Assembly: GCF_006345805.1 (NCBI RefSeq)
Contig: NC_042998.1
Location: forward strand, 162,874,001 to 162,938,000
Direction of reading: 5' to 3'
Length of the DNA: 64,000 nt
Origin: Octopus sinensis
Taxonomy: Eukaryota
The position numbers and the translations under genes are program-made. The first letter of the stretch is position 1, and every line of letters begins with the position of its first letter. The notes under the pieces were generated by a model. It ran no database searches. It worked only from the letters and a program-made list of their open reading frames with translations, and was not told the DNA's origin. This document shows, piece after piece, positions 55,364 to 64,000 of this stretch.

Positions 55364-55415
55364 GATAGTGACTTTGAAGTTTCGGCCAGTCACACGATGG
55401 CTTTGCTGACCGAAA
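55364..55415 (-). ncRNA. 3' half of a type-I HHR with a short 5' fold-back
   Basis: Minus strand GCCA-UCGUGUGAC-UGGC-C-GAAA-CUUCAAAG-UC^ACUAUC. The CUGANGA half is absent and replaced by TTTCGGTCAG, an inverted copy of CTGGCCGAAA. Confidence 0.45.
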
Positions 55416-55454
55416 TTTCGAAACCATTGTCAAAAACATTCTTGTATAAGAATA

Positions 55455-55532
<78 letters not shown>

Positions 55533-55635
55533 TTTTGTGTCTGGGAAGAGTCATTCTCTTTTAGTGCCTTGAACTCACATAAAGAATCTTGCAAATCAAA
55601 TCCAAACACGAAACATATATATAATATATATATAG

Positions 55636-55674
<39 letters not shown>

Positions 55675-55684
55675 ATATATGGTA

Positions 55685-55719
<35 letters not shown>

Positions 55720-56789
55720 TGTATGTATGTATGTATGTATGTATGTTGTATGTCAGGAGATATGTGTATATATGTGTAAGATACAAGTGCGCGCGCACAC
55801 ACACACACACGCACACGCACACATATGAAACAGTGTTACTAACATAAAGGAAGTTCATAGATATCCCCAAACAACTGAAAATTCCAGGCTTACTCTCGCA
55901 CCCCTTAAGGCACTGAATAACTTTGGGTAGCGTCTAGTGATGCTGTCAACTGAAGTTGTCTGTGTGTGGCAGGTTTGGTAGCCTTCAACTAACACTATCT
56001 TCTCCGAGACCCTGTGACGCAACTTTACCAAAATTGATAGTATGATAGAACAAGGCTTGCTCTTCATTCCGTAGAAGATAAAATTCAAATCGGACCATGT
56101 TAAGACGAAAAATTATTTACATCAAAAAGGTGCTTTTTTTCTATGAAAATCCCTATTTTTTACGATTTTTTGACTGCTGTGTCGCCATTTATCGGTGTAT
56201 TTCAACCAGAAAAATGTTCAATTAAAGAGAATAACAAGCTACATAATGCAAGATTTTTACTTTTCAAAAATTCCAATTCTAAAGGGTCGAAACAAACGCG
56301 AGCAACGCCGGGCGATACAGTGATAAAATTAGGGGAAAAAAACGGTCTGATTTTAGTACAAAATTATGAAACAGGTTAATTGAATCAACTTCATCGGTGC
56401 GTACACCAACATATATTCACTGTTAATTTATTTGCAATGCTGCAGTGTAAAATAGGATAAAAGAATCTATATCTGGGATGAGTTTCCAGCGCAGTTTTCT
56501 GCTTCGCACACATTGGTTGTTTCTCAAATTATGTATGTAATGCGGCCTGCTTTCTCTTATGTATCAATACGTGATAGCATGATATCACATTCACAACCTT
56601 TCTCTTTGAATTTGTACTGCGTTGTAAGTCAGATAAATTCTCAGTAAATTAGTTCTTGTTCTTTGTAATTTTGGTGATGTTGTTACTGAAAAATTCACAA
56701 AACTTTTTTTTTCTGGTGTTACTGGCTCTATAATAAAATCTTCAGGCTCATTTTGAATGTTTTGGTAAGCTAACTCATACAGATCATCA

Positions 56790-57138
56790 ATCGATGAACT
56801 CTTTCCATGAGACTTTTAGCACCTTCAAATCTCTTGCATTGATATTTTGCATTCGTCTTTTATTGGCCAGCACAACGATATTATTGATGATTACTGATTA
56901 TGATTCAAGGTTACGTTCTTAGTAATATTTTCTCTTTTTTTCTACTTTGTGAAAATTTCTCTTCTTGGCCATGTCTTCCAGTTAGATTTCCTGCCGTAGG
57001 CAAATGTACGTTTTGTATCTGTATTTCCTTATTGCTCGAAATGTTTTTGAGTGATAAATGAGCGCTTGGTTTCAGATTGAGGTATAAACAGCCTAGTGTT
57101 AAGTTGTCTTTTCGATCCTTCAACTCTGAAGTGTTTCT

Positions 57139-57204
<66 letters not shown>

Positions 57205-57495
57205 GAGACTGACAGACACAAAGAGACTGAAACAGGGAGAGAAACGTGAAGTATGGAATTTGTATACAAACTGGGGATGAAACACTGAAAAACCCTAGGT
57301 AAATATGTTGACCGTTTGTGCCTCTGCACCTACCGATTCACCCGTGTAGGTTTCGCCACCGTTTGAATCCATCAACTTATCCTCTGCTACCAGTGCATTC
57401 TGAATATTCTTGTAAATGTTTATACATGCTTCTTGCTTTTTTGACAATGAATTGGCTTAACGAATGTTGGATTGCGTTTTGTCGTTCACCCATGT
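56790..57495 (-). pseudogene. Tigger/pogo transposase relic
   Basis: Minus strand across frameshifts: SLSQFIVKKARSMYKHLQEY..GSRG*VDGFKRWRNLH (CENP-B-type HTH), TGESVGAEAQTVNIF, RKDNLTLGCL..LKP, KSNWKTW, KILL, SWKEF. The order is collinear with Tigger; an (AG)n expansion interrupts it. Confidence 0.62.
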
Positions 57496-57907
57496 AGTAA
57501 CTATACTTTTCATAAGGTAATATTTATCCCCACTTAAAAGTGGATGTTGTGTTAGAGCACAATACTGCGGTAGTTACCATGTGAGAACCTCTCATATGAG
57601 CTCTTGATGCATATAAATGTGGTTGTTTATATCTCTAGGCAGAGATAATTCATTATTTTCATAATAAGCCCACTAGCTATTCGCGACACCAGTACCTGAT
57701 CAGGCACTGAGATTCTATGCGGAGATACCACTGCAATTTCCAGCGGTCGAGCGTCTACCATTGTCAAGGCCATGGAAGGCTGCAGTCGGCAGTGGGAATG
57801 GCGGGTGATTTATCTCCCGCTAGCAGTACAAACAAGTGCACCACAAAAACCACATGAGAGGTTCTCTCATGATAACTACTGCAACTATACTTTTCATAAG
57901 GTAATAT

Positions 57908-57939
<32 letters not shown>

Positions 57940-58461
57940 ATATTATATATATATACATATATATATTTGTTTCAGTCACTAAACTGCGGCCACGCTGGAT
58001 CACTGCCTTGAAGAATTTTAGTGAAACGAATCGACCGCGTAAGTTTCTTTAAGTCTGTTTATTATTTGTTTTTGTTTTTTTTTTGTTTTTTTGGGGGGGT
58101 GGGGTTATGAACCGCTAAGTTACGGGGACGTAAACACACTAACACCAGTGTCAAGTGGTGGTGAGAGAAAAACACATACACGCACACACACACGCACACA
58201 CATACACACACATTAAAACGAAGACTGGAAAATTTGGGCATAGTTCTAATTTCATGTTACGCGTGTTTCATTACGGGATAGGAGGACATAAACAGTTCAT
58301 CAAAGATTTGGATCTTTGTCTAATGAATTATGGGTTAGGGTTATTAATTCGTATCCCATAATCAAACATGTGTAAGATAGGATTAAAAATTCTCCAAATA
58401 CACAATCTTTGAACTAATATAAATTTTCTCTGCAAATGTTATATATATATCTGTAAATATA

Positions 58462-58643
58462 ATATGTGACAATTATTCGGTAGCCATGATAAAACTCCGA
58501 GTTTCGGATGTCGGGGCGGAAACCCACGCCGCCATTTCTTCAGTTATTCGGCCATCGATAACTGAAGAGATGGCGGCGTGGGTTTCCGTCCCGACATCCG
58601 AAACTCGGAGTTTTATCATGGCTACCGAATAATTGTCACATAT
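58462..58643. repeat. near-perfect palindrome (86-bp arms, 10-nt loop) of two divergent HHR-bearing ends
   Basis: 58462-58547 is the reverse complement of 58558-58643 with 2 mismatches. The right arm continues into a T/C-rich tail to ~58730. Confidence 0.92.
58557..58617 (+). ncRNA. type-I HHR motif with extended helix II (mirror copy on the minus strand, ~58489-58547)
   Basis: GAUAA-CUGAAGA-GAUG-[GCGG..CCGU stem]-CAUC-C-GAAA-CUCGGAG-UU^UUAUC: 5-bp helix I and quasi-palindromic helix III. There is one extra C before G12 and a GUU triplet, so it is non-canonical. Confidence 0.6.
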
Positions 58644-58757
58644 ATATTGCAGATAAATTCCTCTATTTACATAATATCGAGGTCTCTTTCATTCTTTCTT
58701 GTCTTACTATTTCTATCAATTTCTATCAAAACACACACACACACACAACACACACAC

Positions 58758-58846
<89 letters not shown>

Positions 58847-58871
58847 TATATACAATATATACACACAACAC

Positions 58872-59070
58872 ACGAGGAGGTGCTGAAAAGTTCCTGGGTT
58901 TGGGGAAAAGAAAAACAGGAGGATCAGTTCAACATATTCCCGTCTCGGATTCACACACTTATTGCAGCGATCCTTCAGTTTTCTAAGCCCTGTAGAAGAA
59001 CTCGGAAGTTTGGGCTTCCAGCCAGGTTTACGTGACACCCTTAAAACCAGAATCTTTTCAGCACCCCGTA
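58872..59070 (-). mobile_element. mariner-derived MITE, third copy
   Basis: Same TIRs; minus strand reads LRKLKDRCNKCVNPRREYVE. Confidence 0.82.
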
Positions 59071-59348
59071 GTATACTTTGTATTAATACATACTTTCTCT
59101 GCAAATGTAATTCTCCAGAACTTTCAACTGGTATATACTCTTCATTTAAAATCGAAACAGCCACTCGTCCCAGTTGATCCGATTAATGGAACAACCTGCT
59201 CGTGAACTCAACATGCAATGCCTTTAATGTAGTTCTCATGGAGATTCAGCGTGACACAGAGTGTGACAAGGCTGGCCCTTTGAAATGCAGATACTATTCA
59301 ATTGCAGATACTATTTCAATACTTTGAAATGCAGATACTATTCAATAA

Positions 59349-59577
59349 GGCGGCGAGCTGGCAGAAACGTTAGCACACCGGGCGAAATGCTTAGCGGTAT
59401 TGCGTCTGTCGTTGCGTTCTGAGTTCAAATTCCGCCGAGGTCGACTTTGCCCTTCATCCTTTCGGGGTCGATAAATTAAGTACCAGTTACGCACTGGGGT
59501 CGATGTAATCGACTTAATCCGTTTGTCTGTTCTTGTTTGTCCCCTCTATGTTTAGCCCCTTGTGGGCAATAAAGAAA
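59349..59577 (+). mobile_element. family-A tRNA-SINE, full-length representative, nested in another SINE with a ~15-bp TSD
   Basis: A-box-like tggcagaaacgttag, B box gagttcaaattcc, central gcccttcatcctttcggggtcgataaattaagtaccag. cagatactattcaat flanks both sides. More than 20 further family-A copies or fragments occur across the window (e.g. ~955, 3048, 26260-26850, 27945, 29910, 30828, 34985-35640, 36732, 48960). Confidence 0.92.
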
Positions 59578-59811
59578 CAGATACTATTCAATTTTGCCAG
59601 CTGAGCGGAGGAACGTGAAATAAAGTGTCTTGCTCAAGGACATAACGAACTGCCAGGAATCGAACTGAGGATCATGATCCGAATATCGTTAATCACTAAA
59701 CCATATGTCTTCACTCGTTTAAAATATAACATGCCAATAGATACATTTGATTATCGGAATGTGCAGATGTGTCTCACGCGAACACAGCTTGGGTTATAAC
59801 TCCTTCTATAC

Positions 59812-59844
<33 letters not shown>

Positions 59845-60271
59845 ATATTTGTTTATAGGTTATTGTTTGTTTGTTTTTCTTCTTTTCGTCTAACAACAAC
59901 CAGTCAAAGAAACTAACACTCCCAAAGTTTTAATGAATATGGAAAAGACGCGTTGGATAACGAAGTCTTAAATAGCTAGGAAATAAATAAATAAATAAAT
60001 AAATACGGTTTGTTTATAGCAAGATAGACTTTGATCGTATGTTTGCTCAGTCAGTGATCTCAGGGTTAAACAGCAACAACAAACAGCTGCAGTAGTGACA
60101 CGTCTACATCCAATTTCTTCTTCGTACTCCCCAAAACAAAATTCCTGACCTTATTCCAATAGTGACATATCATAACTGAAGCGTTGATTCTACTTGAAGA
60201 TAGGCAAGATAGCGTTAAACGTTGTTTGGATCATTCGTGTGGTATGAGTGAGGGTGGATAGCGAAAGAAAT

Positions 60272-60317
60272 GGGGGCGGCCGGGCGGTCGGGCGGTCGGG
60301 CGGTCGGGCGGTCGGGC
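60272..60317 (+). repeat. (GGGCGGTC)n 8-bp repeat: five GC boxes, G-quadruplex-capable
   Basis: GGGCGG at 60274, 60282, 60290, 60298 and 60306; six G3+ runs. Confidence 0.8.
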
Positions 60318-61007
60318 TCAGGTTGGCGGTAAACGTTAATTTTTACGTCAAACATTTTTAAAAATAGATGATTTCAACAATAACAAACACACATAAAATA
60401 TGGAATCTTCTATTTTTAAATGTCTGACGTACAAAATTAACGTCAAAACACAAGTGTAGGAAGTAGTTTTAGATTTTGTACTGACTGGTACTGAGCGGTG
60501 CGATCATATGGCTCATACATGCATACAGACGTACATACATATATATGTACATGTATGTATGTATGTATGTATGTATGTATGTATGTACAAATACATACAT
60601 ATGCTTAGAGTACACACACATATATGAATATATATATTTATATTTGTATATATTTATATGTATATATATATATGTGTGTGTGTGTGTTTGTGTGTGTATA
60701 TATATATAGATATATTATATATAATGTGGGTGTCGATACGTAGATACATGGTTAGTTAGCTTAGTTATGTAACACATCAAATTGCTACTGGCGAAATTTC
60801 TAGACTCGCAGTAATCATAATGGGCAGGCAGTGCAGTGTTTTCTAATAAGCTCTTCTGCTACGACTGTCGTAAAAACGGTATTGGTAGCATGTTCTTTTT
60901 TTCGTCGTTGTCGTCACCGTCGTCCTCGTCGTCGTCGTTGTTGTTGTTGTTGTTGTTGTTGGTAGTGGTGGTGGTGGTGGTGATGGAAGATTACATATAT
61001 ATATATA

Positions 61008-61399
61008 TCTTTATATATAAAAGTAAGGTTGTGTGTCTGTCTACTCCGATTTAGATTCCTAACTACTCCCACATTTTGCGGTGCAGTTTAACCAAAACCG
61101 GGTATCTTATAGTCGTGATTCATATCAAGCCCTTCTGGGTATTACCGCGCGTCTACGATGAGTCTACGATTTTAAAAATAATTTACCATCATTTTCTTCC
61201 ATTTTAATGCATATTTTTTAAATATAAGAGAAGTAACTCTCTAAAAATGTCTACGATGAGTCAACGATTTAAAAAAAATTTACCATAATTTTTTTTCCAT
61301 TTTTATGCATTTTTTGCAATTTTTGGGCTATAACTCTCTAAAAAATGCTTTATAGTTATTTCCCTTACAAACCCGAGCAACGCCGGGCGATACTGCTAG
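61008..61399 (+). mobile_element. non-autonomous Helitron (same family as 39270-39665)
   Basis: 5' TCTTTATATATAAAAG, hairpin cccgagcaacgccggg at 61372-61387, CTAG at 61396-61399, A|T site within (TA)n. A related 3' hairpin occurs at ~56298-56318. Confidence 0.88.
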
Positions 61400-61407
61400 T
61401 ATATATA

Positions 61408-61462
<55 letters not shown>

Positions 61463-63464
61463 TATACATGTATATATATGTATATTGGTGTGGGTCTGTG
61501 TTTGTCTCCATCACCACTTGGCAACCGGTGTGGTGTTTTATGTCCCCGTAACTTAGCGGTTCGCAAAAGAGACTGATAGAATAAGTACTAGGCTTAAATA
61601 GAAAGAAGTCCTCAGGTTCATTTGTTTGACTAAAACCCCTCAAAGTAAAAGAATAAAAGAATAAATATTATTAGAAATTACATTAAGAAAATGTTAAAAT
61701 ATTTTGTATACTGTATGCGTACACAACTCATTGTATAGCCAACTCATTGCATATAAATTTTAACACTCAATCTCATATGGACCCCAGAGGGCCATAAATA
61801 CCCGGGTTGAGAACTACTATTTCTCCACTGGTTAGAAATAGTAGCTAATTTCGGTAGCGTAGTATGGAGGACGAGGAGCGAGTGGTGGTCCGTTCCTGGT
61901 GACGCCGTTATGGGAGCGGCTGTATAAGCCTGTACAGAGGCTTTGGAGGCCCCTGAGGCGCGGCAAGATCAGATTCTGCCCCGAGTGGCACACACTCTAG
62001 CTACGCTACCTTCAAATCACTGTTAATACTGCCTTACAAATGAAGATACATAGCATAACGTGGTCCAGCGTATATTTTATCCAAATTCAAATAAATTACA
62101 GTAATAGTCACGACTTTAATCATGATTCTGCTCAAGGAGAATTGGCCTGGGGCTAAACAACAATAACATCAACAACGTTTAATCATTTTGTCTCCTACAA
62201 ACACACCTACATATAGACAGAGACAAATGTACACATTCATGGAAGATGCCAGATACATACGCCTACACACACATACACACGCCTACATTAACGTAACACA
62301 CACACACACATATACACACACATACATACTCGGAAAATATCAGATATATTTATTCATTCACACATAAAGAAGATATCAAGTAAACGCATGCAGAGAAGAT
62401 ATCGTGTAAACGATATTATACAGACATTCAACAAGATATCAAATATATATATATACAGACATATGCGCACATAAGGTATTAAGTACATAGACGCACATAG
62501 ACAACCATACACACGCATAGACGATATCTAGCATATACGTACACACATGTATGAAATATTCCAAGCATACATATGTATCCAAATAGTCACAACTACACAC
62601 AGGTACAAAAGAGATCAGTTATACACAGACATACAGGCGATATCTGGTACTTATACATACATTTACACTCATATATAGAAGATATCAAATATATATATAC
62701 GAGCAAAACGCCCCCCGTCCAATGGACGGTGCTGAGTTGTCAAACATTTAAACCAAATTTTCTCATAACAACTTGTCCAACCGTCCCATAGGCCTCTCCT
62801 TTGAGAAACACTGATTTAACCTAAATTTGAGACATCAGCAAAAGAAGAAATAAAGATAGACATTTTTATTCTATTCCAAAGAAAAATGATTTTATTTACA
62901 CAAATATGCAACCGAAGAGGTTAAAGTGCCAGTAAGTACATCACAACAGCTGATGTACTTGCGCGTACAAATGCACGTTCTCACGGCTTTATCGATCGCA
63001 TTCTCATCTGGAATCGATTTTTGTAAATTTTTCAAGACTTATACACGCCCTGATACCGTCGGTATCTACATATCGAGTTTGAGCGCAATCGGATGGAGGA
63101 TGCCCGAGATCATAGAAGACACACATACACAGACAGAACGATTTTATATAATAGATATAAGCTTGCTTCCCAACCACATAGTACTGTGTCCAGTCCCACA
63201 GCGTTTTTGTGTGTTTGTGTTTGTCCCCCTACCATCGCTTGACGACCGATGTTGGTATGTTTACTTCCCTGTAACTTATCAGTTCGGCAAAAGAAACCGA
63301 TAGAATAAATACTAGGCTTACAAAGAATAAGTCCTGGGGTCGATATCGTCGACTAAAGGCGGTGCTCCAGCACGGCCGCAGTCAAATGACTAAAACAAAA
63401 GAAAAATGTATATACATATATATCTATATATCTATATCTATCTATCTATATATATATATGTATG

Positions 63465-63500
<36 letters not shown>

Positions 63501-63572
63501 AGGTGTGTATATATATATATATAGTATATATATATATATATATATATATCTATTTATATTTATATATAAAGG

Positions 63573-63622
<50 letters not shown>

Positions 63623-64000
63623 GATACATGCATATATACATACACGCATGGGAGCTGTCATTAAGAACACACACATACACATATACGTATTGAAGATAAC
63701 AGCCATACATATACACACGTATCCATGCGTATAAACACATACACATGGACGCATGCACAGAAGATACCAGCCACGCTTACACACACACACACACACACGC
63801 ACGGCGCAAATACACTCACATATACTCATGTGCACTCTTGAACATACACTTAATGCACACTAACAAATACACATATCAAATATCTCAAATAGGCATACAT
63901 ATCTACACACACAGGAGTCCTCGCTCGTACACACTCAGTAATACACTAACACACACACACATACACACACACACGTTACAACACAAGCGCACAAACACGC

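Overview
AT-rich eukaryotic non-coding DNA, packed with (TA)n, (CA)n, (TTA)n, (CAT)n and (AGAT)n microsatellites, tRNA-headed SINEs and decayed transposons. The repeat spectrum looks like an octopod cephalopod genome (my recognition, not a database result). I cannot support any intact host protein-coding gene. Nearly all ORFs in the supplied track are translated microsatellites. The only recognisable protein motifs are relics of mariner, Tigger/pogo, CR1, RTE and Hero/R2-type elements. The most striking signal is RNA-structural: at least three unrelated sequence families carry minimal type-I hammerhead ribozyme (HHR) motifs with a self-complementary helix III, the form known from Penelope-like elements (PLEs) and non-LTR retrozymes. 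(1) A young array of 352-bp tandem repeats at 8338-9272 has a canonical HHR in each full unit and a 5' fold-back. (2) A tRNA-headed SINE whose 3' half is an HHR-bearing, PLE-like tail occurs at 36845-37236 and 43349-44100, each time with an inverted duplication. (3) An 86-bp-arm palindrome at 58462-58643 is built from two back-to-back HHRs. A fourth, 5'-truncated half-HHR lies at 55364-55415. Ribozyme activity, transcription and novelty are untested; they are inferred from motif match only.
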